NCBI GenBank assembly: GCA_963755915.1
Contig: CAVWLP010000002.1
Location: 4,224,001-4,288,000 of the forward strand
Direction: 5' to 3'
DNA: 64,000 nucleotides
Origin: an uncultured Phycisphaerales bacterium
GTDB lineage: Bacteria; Planctomycetota; Phycisphaerae; Tepidisphaerales; Tepidisphaeraceae
Positions 1-10,227 of this stretch are shown piece by piece. Each line of letters begins with the position of its first letter. The stretch's first letter is position 1. Position numbers and translations under genes: made by a program. Below the pieces are notes generated by a model. It saw nothing but the letters and a program-made list of their open reading frames with translations. It ran no database searches and was not told the origin of the DNA.

Positions 1-6
1 CCGCTG

Positions 7-314
7 TGCCGATCGAGAAACCAGTCGGCCGAAAACGCCGATTGGCGGGCTTCGGACAAATAGGTTTGATTGCCCGTGGCGCGATAGAGCCCCAGCAGGG
101 CACGGATCATCAGCGCGGTATTGTAGGTGAGTTTGGCATGATTTATCTTGCCGGAGCTCACGACGATGGAATCGAAATAGAGTCCGTCGCGGTCGCGAAA
201 ATGCCGATCGGTCCAGGCAACGATTTGTTCGGCCCTGGCAACGAACCCGGCGCCGATTGCCGCGGAAGATATGAGGCGACTCGCAGACAGCCCACGGCCG
301 CGGGTGCGTTGGCG
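7..314 (-). pseudogene. 5'-truncated duplicate fragment of the GH76-like gene at 40758-41922 (runs to the window edge)
   Basis: Nucleotides ~7-314 align by eye at roughly 90% with ~41032-41338 and encode ANAPAAVGCLR...FVARAEQIVAWTDRHFRDRDGLYFDSI. Similarity stops abruptly at ~314, so the N-terminal half is missing. Confidence 0.8.
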
Positions 315-785
315 GCGTTGCTGATGCAGCTGCTGAAACTGAGATGGCTTTGTGCTCAATCGCAAGAACAGCCTGTTCGTCGGCAACGAGCGCGGTGGCT
401 ATCCTGTTGGCGGGAATTGGCCGCGATGGATCGTTATGCCTCAACTGACCGAGCGAACGGCAACGCTTTTACAAGCCGCCAAAATCATCGTGACTAGCGA
501 TGTCACGGGTAAAGATTGACCCGCTCGTTGTCTATCCTGCTGGCGGCAAGTGAGAGTGGTTTACATATTACCATTGTTATTGAGACTCGCTGCGAAAGAG
601 ATTTACGGTCGTCACTTCAAAAGAGCATTACTGGCGCCCCCTCTTTGGTGTTTAAAGATGTGCCGCCGTAGCAAACTGTCTGCGATGGCATCGGTGATCA
701 ACGATTGCATTAGCCTCCACGCCACATAATCTATGTGGATTTCGTAATTGCTATTACGCCGATCGAAATAGCCGATGCGCAATGT

Positions 786-807
786 CCGTACTAAACCCGT
801 ACTAAAC
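786..807. repeat. Two tandem copies of CCGTACTAAAC (11 bp); candidate integrase arm-type binding sites
   Basis: Exact direct repeat at 786-796 and 797-807, followed by an AT-rich tract and the tRNA fragment ~80 bp downstream. Confidence 0.55.
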
Positions 808-888
808 CCTTGAATAATACATAAAAAGATTTAATCTATGCGAATCGTAACGCACGTATTCGCAAGCGTGTTTGGCCTGACGGAATAG

Positions 889-930
889 CTTCGGAACCGA
901 GGGTTGGGGGTTCGACTTCCTCCAGGTGCG
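889..930 (+). other. 3' half of a tRNA-Arg(TCG); probable att (attR-type) site of an integrated element
   Basis: CTTCGGA anticodon loop, ACCGA stem strand, GGGTT variable loop, GGGGG-TTCGACT-TCCTC T-arm, CAGGTGC-G acceptor strand. No D-arm or 5' stem strands upstream. Confidence 0.75.
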
Positions 931-1279
931 TTGAGTTTTAGTGCCGTTTTTGCGCTGTTTTTTTGATTTCGAGTGGGTTGCCTGCGGGGCGTCCGAGTTG
1001 CATCGATATTCTGCCGCTGTGAATTTTATTACAGATTGTTTCGAGTTCATTGCGACACTATTTCACGGAACTAGGTACTAATCCCTATTCTCATGTCTCC
1101 TCGACGATTCGATAAGACGAAATGGGGTATCTTCAAAGTAACGTTCCATCCGGTGCAATGTTCACCACACATCTGACTTGATATTGCCGTTGTTTCATGT
1201 CGCCTCAATAATTCGCCGATTCAACCTCTGAGTAATTCCGATGTTGTCGACTTGCCATTCGGAAGTGCGAGACCGGCCA

Positions 1280-1752
1280 ATGAATCAGCAGGCAAGACTC
1301 TTGGTGTTCCGTCTAAACGATCGCTTTTGCGCCTTTACCTCGAACAAGTGCTGCAGGTCGTTCACGCCGTTGACGCCGCGCCGCTTCCACAGGCGCCGGA
1401 AATTGTGCTGGGGGCCATCGATCTTCACGGGGAAATCGTGCCGCTGCTGAACATCCGGAAGAGATTTGGTTTTTCCGATCGTGACATTAGCGTCGATGAC
1501 CAGTTCATCATCGCGCGGACGGTGGGTCGGGTCGTCGCGCTGGCGGTGGACGAGGTGCGGGATATCGTCGACCGCGCCGCCGAGCGGATAGTGCCGGCGG
1601 CAAATATCGTCGGCCCCCTAGAGCACATCGATGGAGTGATTAAGCTTGAGGACGGGCTGGCGCTGATTCACGACTTGGACAAGTTTCTGTCGCTGGACGA
1701 GCGGCGTGAATTGGAATGCGCCCTGGCCGGGAAGGAAAGCCATGGGCGATAA
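1280..1752 (+). CDS. cheW: CheW adaptor protein (apparent frameshift at ~1332)
   Basis: MNQQARLLVFRL joins ALYLEQV...PLPQAPEIVLGAIDLHGEIVPLLNIR, a CheW signature. Confidence 0.85.
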
Positions 1753-3157
1753 CCTTCTGGCCGCCGAACTGCCGCGGCTAAGCGACTTCGTCGCGGATGC
1801 GATCGGCCTGCATTTTCCTCCCTCGCGGTGGAATGATTTGCGACGCGGCGTGGCGGCAACGTCAAAGGAACTTGGGTTTGCAATGCCTGCCGAATGCGCG
1901 AGGCGCTTCCTCGCCGGGCCGATCGCCAAAGAACAAATCGAAATTCTCGCCAACCATCTCACCGTCGGCGAGACCTATTTCATGCGCGAGCCCAAAAGCT
2001 TTGAGATGCTCGCTGAAAAGATTATTCCGGCGATGATCCGCCAGCGTCAAAGCGGCAATCGCGGGCTCCGGATCTGGAGCGCCGCCTGCTGCACCGGCGA
2101 GGAAGCGTATTCGATCGCGATCATCCTCCACCGGGAGATACCGGACATCGGGAACTGGAACATCACGCTTTTGGCGACGGACATTAATTCGCGGTTCCTG
2201 CGTAAAGCGGCCGCCGGTATCTATGGGCAATGGTCCTTTCGGCAGGTCCCGGCCGGATTTCGAGAACAATCTTTCCGGCGGGTCGGCGAGGACCATTGGG
2301 AGATTCTGCCTCAAATCAAACGGATGGTGCATTTCGCGCCGCTCAATCTGGTTGAAGATGTCTATCCGGCGTTGGCCAACGAAACCAACGCGATGGACGT
2401 GATTTTCTGCCGAAACGTGCTGATGTACTTCACCGCCCAACAGGCGCGCAAAGTGGTCGAAAATCTGCATCGCGCAAATCGAAGGCGGCTGGCTGATTAC
2501 CGGCAGCGGCGAACTGTCTCAGGTTTCCGCCACGCCCTATGTCGCGGAGAGTTTTCAAGGATTAACGCATTACCGGAAGTCCGACAAAATCTCCCGAACT
2601 GGGGACGATCGTCCGATCATTTTGCCAGCGCCAAAATTTTCGCCGCGGCATCCCCGATCCGGTCGCTATTCCGAAAATCGAAATTCCGCTAAGTAAGGAA
2701 GCGACAAAGCCTCCCAAGGCGAAGAGCAGCTCCGATTCGTCCTCCGTTCAAAAAAAGCCTGCCAAATTGCGCGCGCGGCGCAACGGCTGGCCAACCGCGG
2801 TCGATTGGCCGAAGCCCTGGATTGCTGCGATCGGTGGGTGGCGGCGGACCGGCTCAATCCCGCGGGACATTATCTCCGCGCAATCATCCTGCAGGAGCGG
2901 GGCGCGATCGCCGATGCCGTCACGGCTTTACGCGGCGCACTCTATCTCGATCCGAATTTTGTGCTGGCGCATTTCGCGCTGGGAAACATCGAGCGCAATC
3001 GCGGCCGCCAGCGCGAGGCCGCTAAGCATTTGGAAAATGCCCGGCGATTGCTTGCGCCTACCGTCCCGACGAAATCCTGCCGGAATCAGAGGGCGTCGCC
3101 GTCCGCCGATTTACTGAAATCGTGAACTCCCTTTTGGAAATGGAGGTCGCCGCGTGA
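1742..3157 (+). CDS. cheR: CheR methyltransferase with C-terminal TPR domain (WspC-like); several apparent frameshifts (~2475, ~2630, ~2775, ~3056)
   Basis: LTVGETYFMRE, IWSAACCTGEEAYS and DVIFCRNVLMYF motifs. Continues EGGWLITGSGELS in the next frame, then a TPR segment (ALYLDPNFVLAHFALG). The stop overlaps the next GTG (GTGA). Confidence 0.85.
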
Positions 3158-3702
3158 TTCAGGAGACCGCACAAAGCGAATTGCCGTCAGCTCCCGGGCG
3201 AGTTTCGGAAATTCTCCGTGCCCGTGCTCGCAATCTGGCTCGGCCGCTGGGGCGCCGGGAGGCTGATGGTAATTCTCTGGACGTTGTCGAGTTTCGCCTG
3301 GCCAGGGAACTCTACGCGATCGAACTGGCGTTCGTGAGGGAAGTGCTTCGGCTGGAGAACCTGACCCCGCTGCCCTGCACGCCTTCATTCGTGCGGGGGA
3401 TCATCAACGTGCGCGGGCAAATTCTACCGGTCATTGACGTCAAGAAATTTTTCGAGCTTCCGGATGCCGGGATCACCGATCTGCACCGCGTCATCGTCGT
3501 GCATGCCGAAGGGGCTGAAATAGGAATCCTGGCGGACACGGTGACGGCCGTTCGGTCGATCCCGCTGAACAGCACGCAGCCTTCGCTGCCAACCCTGACA
3601 GGCATCCGCGCTGCTTATCTCCGGGGCGTTACCGACAACCACGTCGTGATCCTGGACGTTTCGAAAATTCTGTTGGACCCCAAACTTGTCGAGGAAGAAT
3701 AG
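3154..3702 (+). CDS. cheW: Second CheW protein (WspD-like)
   Basis: N-terminal ILRARARNLARP extension and TPLPCTPSFVRGIINVRGQILPVID motif. Confidence 0.9.
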   Translation: MIQETAQSELPSAPGRVSEILRARARNLARPLGRREADGNSLDVVEFRLARELYAIELAFVREVLRLENLTPLPCTPSFVRGIINVRGQILPVIDVKKFFELPDAGITDLHRVIVVHAEGAEIGILADTVTAVRSIPLNSTQPSLPTLTGIRAAYLRGVTDNHVVILDVSKILLDPKLVEEE

Positions 3703-3712
3703 GAGCAACACC

Positions 3713-5440
3713 ATGAGATGGACAGTTGGAATGAAAATCGGATCCGGATTCGGATTGATATCGGCGATCCTTTTGATCGTCGGAATCGTGTCGTATCGCA
3801 GCATCAACAAGCTGATCGATACGGCCGACTGGGTTACCCATACCCATAAGGTATTGGAGAACCTCAACGGCGTGGTCCTGAACATGGTCAACGCCGAGAC
3901 AGGCCAACGCGGCTTCGTCATCACCAACGACGAAAAATACCTAGAGCCTTACCAGTACGGAGTTGGCCTTGCCGTGCAGGATCTGCAGGAAGTCCGGGCC
4001 TTGACGGTGGACAATCCGATCGAGCAACGGCGCCTGGACGTGCTGGAGCCGATGGTAGCCCATGAGCTGGCGATCATGAAGGATGCGATCGAGTCGCAGC
4101 GAGCCAAGGGTGTCCAGGCCGGCCAGCAATGGGTCGATACCGGCGAGGGAAAAGCAGGAATGGACGCCATTCGCGCCAAAGTCGCGGAGATGGAGGATGA
4201 AGAACATGGATTGCTGTTGACTCGCGCCGATGAGGCGCAGACGACGGTCGCCAACACGCGCCAGATCATTCTTTGGTGCACGCTTGGTGCGTTCGCGGCC
4301 TCCTGTCTTGCCGGGTTTTTCATCGCACGCAGCATTTCCGTACCCTTGAAGGAAATCACCCGCGCTGCCGAGAAGATGGCGGTCGGAGATCTGGACGTTG
4401 AAATCTCCAAACAAAAGCGCAGCGACGAGGTGGGCGCCCTGGCTCTCACCTTCATCGGCATGACCGATTCGCTAAGAAGTATGGCGCAATTCGCGGCGAA
4501 AATCGCCGAGGGCGATCTGCGGGTCAAGATCGAACCACAATCGCCGAAAGACAAGCTCGGCAACGCATTCGCGTTGATGGTGCAGAACCTGCAGCGCACC
4601 ACTTCGCAGATGCGCGAAGGGGTCAACGTGCTGAGTTCCTCGGCCAACCAGATTTCGAGCTCGACAACGCAACTGGCGGCTGGCGCTGTGGAGACCGCCA
4701 CCGCCGTCAGCCAAGCGACGACCACCGTTGAGGAAGTCCGTCAGGCCGCCCAGATTTCCAGCCAGAAGGCCAAGGCCGTTTCTGATAACGCCATGAACAT
4801 GACTCAGATTTCGCAGGGGGGCGCCAAGTCCACGGAGGAGACCATCAGTGGAATCAGCCGTATTCGGACCCAGATGGAAACCATTGCCGACACCACGGTG
4901 CGCCTCAGCGAACAGACGCAGACCATCAGCCAGATCGTCGCGACCGTCGAGGATTTGGCCGCGCAATCCAATCTTCTGGCCGTCAACGCGTCGATCGAAG
5001 CAGCCAAGGCCGGCGAGCAGGGAAAGGGCTTCGCCGTAGTCGCCCAGGAGGTACGGGCTCTGGCCGAACAGTCCAAGCAGGCTACCAGCCAGGTGCGGAG
5101 CATTTTGGCGGATATTCAGAAGGCGACCAGCGCCGCCGTCATGGCGACCGAACAAGGCGGCAAGGCCGTCGATGCCGGCGTCAAGCAGTCCGCCATCGCC
5201 GGAAAGTCGATTCAAACTCTGTCCGACAGCATCACCGAAGCGGCCCAGGCCGCCACGCAGATCGCCGCCTCCAGCCAGCAGCAGTTGGTCGGCGTCGATC
5301 AGGTTGCATCGGCGATGGAAAGCGTGAAGGAGGCTAGCGGTCAAAACGCCGACAGCGCCAAGCAACTTGAAGCGGCCGTTCACAATCTCAAGGAACTGGG
5401 TCAGAAGCTCAAGTTGTCGGTGGAGATGTACAAGGTCTGA
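3713..5440 (+). CDS. Methyl-accepting chemotaxis protein with CHASE3 sensor and HAMP domains
   Basis: TM, CHASE3 (NAETGQRGFVIT...YLEPY), TM, HAMP (DEVGALA), and signalling tip QSNLLAVNASIEAAKAGEQGKGFAVVAQEVR. AGGAG RBS before ATG 3713. Confidence 0.95.
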   Translation: MRWTVGMKIGSGFGLISAILLIVGIVSYRSINKLIDTADWVTHTHKVLENLNGVVLNMVNAETGQRGFVITNDEKYLEPYQYGVGLAVQDLQEVRALTVDNPIEQRRLDVLEPMVAHELAIMKDAIESQRAKGVQAGQQWVDTGEGKAGMDAIRAKVAEMEDEEHGLLLTRADEAQTTVANTRQIILWCTLGAFAASCLAGFFIARSISVPLKEITRAAEKMAVGDLDVEISKQKRSDEVGALALTFIGMTDSLRSMAQFAAKIAEGDLRVKIEPQSPKDKLGNAFALMVQNLQRTTSQMREGVNVLSSSANQISSSTTQLAAGAVETATAVSQATTTVEEVRQAAQISSQKAKAVSDNAMNMTQISQGGAKSTEETISGISRIRTQMETIADTTVRLSEQTQTISQIVATVEDLAAQSNLLAVNASIEAAKAGEQGKGFAVVAQEVRALAEQSKQATSQVRSILADIQKATSAAVMATEQGGKAVDAGVKQSAIAGKSIQTLSDSITEAAQAATQIAASSQQQLVGVDQVASAMESVKEASGQNADSAKQLEAAVHNLKELGQKLKLSVEMYKV

Positions 5441-5458
5441 CCGGTCGCCGCTTATGGG

Positions 5459-7723
5459 ATGAAGTTCATGCCGACTCCGAATGAAAAATTTCTCCAGCGT
5501 CTGCGGGCGACCTTCAAGGTCGAGGCCGAGGAGCATTTGCAGGCGATCTCGTCAATGTTGCTGGACCTGGAGAAATCGCCCGCCTCCAGTCCGACGCAGA
5601 CGGCAGTGGAAAACGTCTACCGCGAGGCCCACAGCCTTAAGGGAGCCGCGCACTCCGTGGATTTCTCAGAGATCGAAGCGATTTGCCAGACGATTGAGGG
5701 GGTTTTTTCCGGTTGGAAACGCGATCTGATCGTTCCCTCTCCCGAGGCGATGGACGGGCTACACCAAGCATTGGACAAAATCCGCGCGCTGCTGGCCGAT
5801 CCATCTTCCGGTCCCGCGGACTCGCCGCAATCGTCCGCCCCGCCGATTGATCGACCTGATCCGCCGAACCCAGTCGCGCCTACAGCCGAGACGCCCGCGC
5901 CGCCGCCGGTTGCCGGACCCGATCCCGAGAAATTTTCCGCCGCGCAGACGGTGCGCATCTCCATCGACAAGTTGGACGCGCAACTGCTCCAGGTCGAAGA
6001 AATGTTGATCGTCAAATCCATGGCGACCGATCACGCGGCCGATATGCGCGAATTGTCGGCCCGTTTCGAACAATGGCGAAAACGATGGGGACAGGTTTCT
6101 TCCGGCTTGCTGACGCTTCGGCAAACTTTGGAACGCAAAGGCGAATCCGACGTTTCGGCGGAAATGCCGTTGGTCTCATCCGCGCTCGCGGAATTTCTTG
6201 ACTGGAACGCCGACTATCTCCGCTCGATGGAAAGCAGGCTGCTCTCGCTCAGTGTCCAGGCCGAACGCGATCGCCACACGGTTGTAAAGCACGTCGACGA
6301 CCTTCTGGACGAATCCAAGAAGCTTCGCATGCTTCCTTTTTCGACCGTTTCGGGGGTATTCCCCAAGCTGATCCGCGATCTGTGCCGTGATCAGAACAAG
6401 GAAGCGGACATTGCCATCAGCGGCAACGAAATCGAGATTGACAAGCGCATCCTTGAAGAAATGAAGGATGCGCTGATTCACGTTCTTCGCAATTGCGTCG
6501 ATCATGGCATCGAGACCTCCGACCAGCGCGCGGCCCACAACAAACCGCCTCGCGCCGCCATCCAAATCGCCGTTTCGCCGGTCAATGGAAGCAAGGTTGA
6601 AATCCTGGTTTCCGACGACGGCGCCGGCGTGGACATCGAACGGGTCAAGGAATCGGCCGTCCGGCTTGGGATTATCTCGCAATCGGATGCGCACGCCATG
6701 AGCGAACGCGACGCCCTTTCTCTGGTGTTCAATTCGGAGGTCTCGGCCACGCAGACGGTCACCGCAATCTCCGGCCGGGGGCTTGGCATGGCAATCGTGC
6801 GGGCCAAAACCGAAAAACTCGGTGGACGCGTCACGATCGACAGCAAGCCTCACGTCGGCACGACCCTGCGGATACTGTTGCCGCTGAAACTGGCAACATT
6901 TCGGGGAATCGTCGTTTCCGCAGCAGGCGCTCTTTGCGTATTGCCGACACAGAACGTCGAACGCGCGCTTCGCGTCAAACCCGCCGACATTCAGACGATC
7001 GAAAATCGGGAATCGATTTCGTTGCAGGGACGGGCGATGTCGCTGGTGCGGCTCGACGCGGTGCTTGACCTTCCGCCCGGCCCTCGCCGGCAGGATGATG
7101 CCGCGCCAATTACCGTCGTCGTTCTCCATTCCGCCGGTCAGCGGATCGCGTTTGCCGTGGACGAGGTGTTGCGCGAAGAGGAAGTGCTCGTCAAAGCACT
7201 ACGCCGGCCGCTGGCGCGGGTGCGAAATATCGCGGGCGCGACCGTGCTCGAATCGGGCAAACCCGTGCCGATTCTCAACGTGACGGACCTGATCAAATCC
7301 GCGCGCTCGCGCGGGGGAGCGGTTCCCTTGCCGGCCGCGCCGGTCAAAGCCCCCGAGGCGCAAAAGCAAATCCTCGTCGTCGAGGATTCCATTACCTCCA
7401 GAATGCTCGTCAAGGGAATACTCGAATCCGCGGGCTACCAGGTGCGGATTGCGGTCGACGGCGTTGACGCCTTCACCCTGTTGCGCGAACACCCCTTCGA
7501 TCTGGTGGTTTCCGACGTGGAAATGCCTCGGATGGACGGTTACGACCTGGCCGGCAGAATCCGCGCCGACAAGCGGCTGTGTGATTTGCCCATCGTCCTG
7601 ATTACCGCGCTGGAATCACGTCAGGAGCGAGAACGCGGCATCGATGCCGGCGCCAGCGCTTACATCGTCAAAAGCAGTTTCGACCAAAGCAACCTTCTGG
7701 AGGCTGTTCGCAAACTGATCTGA
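5459..7723 (+). CDS. cheA: CheA-REC hybrid histidine kinase (WspE-like)
   Basis: HPt AHSLKG, HVLRNCVDHGIE, DDGAG, ISGRGLGM, a CheW domain and a C-terminal receiver (VSDVEMPRMDG). Confidence 0.95.
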   Translation: MKFMPTPNEKFLQRLRATFKVEAEEHLQAISSMLLDLEKSPASSPTQTAVENVYREAHSLKGAAHSVDFSEIEAICQTIEGVFSGWKRDLIVPSPEAMDGLHQALDKIRALLADPSSGPADSPQSSAPPIDRPDPPNPVAPTAETPAPPPVAGPDPEKFSAAQTVRISIDKLDAQLLQVEEMLIVKSMATDHAADMRELSARFEQWRKRWGQVSSGLLTLRQTLERKGESDVSAEMPLVSSALAEFLDWNADYLRSMESRLLSLSVQAERDRHTVVKHVDDLLDESKKLRMLPFSTVSGVFPKLIRDLCRDQNKEADIAISGNEIEIDKRILEEMKDALIHVLRNCVDHGIETSDQRAAHNKPPRAAIQIAVSPVNGSKVEILVSDDGAGVDIERVKESAVRLGIISQSDAHAMSERDALSLVFNSEVSATQTVTAISGRGLGMAIVRAKTEKLGGRVTIDSKPHVGTTLRILLPLKLATFRGIVVSAAGALCVLPTQNVERALRVKPADIQTIENRESISLQGRAMSLVRLDAVLDLPPGPRRQDDAAPITVVVLHSAGQRIAFAVDEVLREEEVLVKALRRPLARVRNIAGATVLESGKPVPILNVTDLIKSARSRGGAVPLPAAPVKAPEAQKQILVVEDSITSRMLVKGILESAGYQVRIAVDGVDAFTLLREHPFDLVVSDVEMPRMDGYDLAGRIRADKRLCDLPIVLITALESRQERERGIDAGASAYIVKSSFDQSNLLEAVRKLI

Positions 7724-7733
7724 ATCGTGAGCC

Positions 7734-8822
7734 ATGAGCAAGGAACGGAAGATCAAAGTTCTACTGGTCGAGAACGTCGGCGCGGCGCCGGGCGGACTGG
7801 CGAACATTCTTGGTTCCGACCCCGAGATTCAAGTGGTCGGCGTCGTGCGCAACGGACGCGGGGCCTTGCAGTTCCTTGCAAGGAATGCCGCGAATGTCGT
7901 GCTTCTGGATATCGAAACCCCGGCTATCGACGGCTTCGAGACCACTCGAATCATCATGGAGACCCAACCGCTCCCGATCGTTGTCTGCAATCGCGGCGGC
8001 GATCCGCGCGGCTCGGTCGCGATGTTCCAGTCGATGCAGGCAGGCGCCGTGGCCTGCGTCGAAAAGCCGCGCGACCCCAACCATAGCGAGTTTCGCCAGC
8101 GTTCAACCCATCTCCTGCAAACCGTGAAGCTGATGTCCGAAATCAAAGTCGTTCATCGCTGGCCTCGATCGCGGCAAAGCGCCGAGCCGGAAGCCCTCAC
8201 CATTCCGACACGCCGGCTCCGTTCGTGCGCCCAAATTGAACTCGTCGGGATTGGCGCTTCCACCGGCGGTCCGCCGGTCTTGCGCACCATTCTCGCCGCG
8301 CTTCCCAGGGATTTTGCCGTTCCTATTCTGATCGTGCAGCATATCGCCCCGGGTTTTTTGCCGGGACTTGCCGATTGGCTCGGTCACTCCACCGGCATGA
8401 AAATCCACATTGCCGCGCATCAGCTCCAAACGCACCCTGGCCATGTCTATTTAGCCCCGGACGGCCAGCACATGACCATCGATCGCGGCCGTTCGATCCT
8501 CCTGAACCGGGCCGAACCGGACAACGGCATGCGTCCATCCGTTGACCATCTTTTTCGTTCACTCGCCGATGGCTTTGGCCCCGGCGCCGTCGGCGTATTG
8601 CTGACCGGCATGGGCAGGGACGGAGCGGAGGAATTGAAACGCATGCGAGACCGCGGCGCTGCGACCATTGCGCAGGATCAGGAGACTTCCGTCGTATATG
8701 GAATGCCCGGCGAAGCCATCGCTCTGGGCGCCGCCAGCTATATTTTTCCGCCCGACAAAATCGCCTACGCGCTCGCCGCTTTGGTTCAGCAACAACCTGT
8801 TTATGAAGGAGTTCAATCATGA
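7734..8822 (+). CDS. cheB: CheB methylesterase / response regulator
   Basis: N-terminal REC followed by GASTGGP, VQHI, RPSVD and LTGMGRDGA motifs. Confidence 0.95.
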   Translation: MSKERKIKVLLVENVGAAPGGLANILGSDPEIQVVGVVRNGRGALQFLARNAANVVLLDIETPAIDGFETTRIIMETQPLPIVVCNRGGDPRGSVAMFQSMQAGAVACVEKPRDPNHSEFRQRSTHLLQTVKLMSEIKVVHRWPRSRQSAEPEALTIPTRRLRSCAQIELVGIGASTGGPPVLRTILAALPRDFAVPILIVQHIAPGFLPGLADWLGHSTGMKIHIAAHQLQTHPGHVYLAPDGQHMTIDRGRSILLNRAEPDNGMRPSVDHLFRSLADGFGPGAVGVLLTGMGRDGAEELKRMRDRGAATIAQDQETSVVYGMPGEAIALGAASYIFPPDKIAYALAALVQQQPVYEGVQS

Positions 8823-10071
8823 TTGCCGCTCCCGAAGTCGCCACCGCTTCCGCGACGATTCTTATCGCCGAGGACAGCGCCACTCAGGCCGAGAAGCTCA
8901 AATATATTCTGGAAAGCCAAAGTTATCGCGTGATGGCCGCCGTCAATGGCCGCGAGGCGCTGGAGATGGCCCGCCAGGAAAAACCCACTCTGGTCATCAG
9001 CGATGTCGTGATGCCCGAAATGGACGGCTATCAGCTTTGTCACGAGATCAAATCCGATCCAGGGCTCAGCAACGTCCCGGTAATTCTTGTCACAACGCTG
9101 TCGGACCCGCAAGACGTGATCCGCGGCCTGGAATGCCGCGCCGACAACTTCCTTATCAAACCCTACGAAGAACGCCACCTTCTTTCGCGAATTCAGTTTG
9201 TGCTCGTCAATCGCGAAATCCGCGAGCACGACCATACCAGCATCGGCGTGGAGATATACTTCCACGGGCAGCGCCATTTCATCACCGCGGATCGCCTGCA
9301 AATACTCAACCTGCTGCTTTCCACCTACGAAGCCGCAATTCAGCGCAATCAGGAATTGACGCTGGCTAAGAACGAGCTTCGCCAATCCAACGCCTCCCTG
9401 GAGGCGGCCAACAAGGAACTGGAGTCGTTCAGTTATTCGGTGTCGCACGATTTGCGCGCTCCCTGCGCGCGATACATGGATTCACCGAAATGGTCCTCGA
9501 CGAGCAGGCCGGCCAACTGGACGACACTGGCCGGGAACATCTCCTTCGCGTTCAAAACGCCTGCACGCGAATGGGACATCTCATCGACGATCTCCTGAAC
9601 CTGGCGAAGGTTGCACGCTGCGAAATTAATCGAAGCCCGGTGGACCTCAGCCCGATCGGAAAGGCTATTCTTGCCGATCTTCAAAGGACGCAGCCGGATC
9701 GGCAGGTGAGTTGCCGTATCGACGACAAACTCGTCGCCGACGGTGACGGCCGGCTTCTGCAGATTGTGCTGGAAAACCTGCTCGGAAATGCGTGGAAGTT
9801 CACCTCGAAGCGAAAGGATGCGGTCATCGAGTTGACCTCAAAGCGTCAGGATGACCAGCAGGTTTTCGTGGTGCGCGACAACGGCGCCGGGTTTGACATG
9901 GCCCACGCCGAAAAACTCTTCGGAGCGTTCCAACGCCTGCATTCCGCGACCGAATTTCCCGGCACCGGAATCGGGTTGGCTACCGTCCGGCGCATCATCC
10001 AACTCCACGGCGGTCGCATCTGGGCCGAATCCGAACCGCAGGCGGGGGCCACGTTCTTCTTTACGATTTGA
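8819..10071 (+). CDS. Hybrid REC-HisKA-HATPase histidine kinase (apparent 1-nt frameshift at ~9463)
   Basis: REC (ISDVVMPEMDG), H-box SYSVSHDLRAP continuing LRAIHGF in the next frame, then NLLGNAWKF, DNGAGF and GTGIGLA boxes. Confidence 0.9.
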
Positions 10072-10227
10072 CGTTTGGAGCCGGAATTTTCAGTCAGGCG
10101 ATCGCCCCGCCGTCGTCCTCTTTCTAGAAGCGCGCGGCGGGCAGGCAGGTGCTTGCGCAAATTCTTCACGATATTGCCGTCGCCCTTGTTAATCTGGGCT
10201 TGAACAATTCTCATCTCAAACATTTTA

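Noticed and set aside
889-930. Functional tRNA gene
   Set aside because: No 5' acceptor strand, D-arm or 5' anticodon stem upstream.
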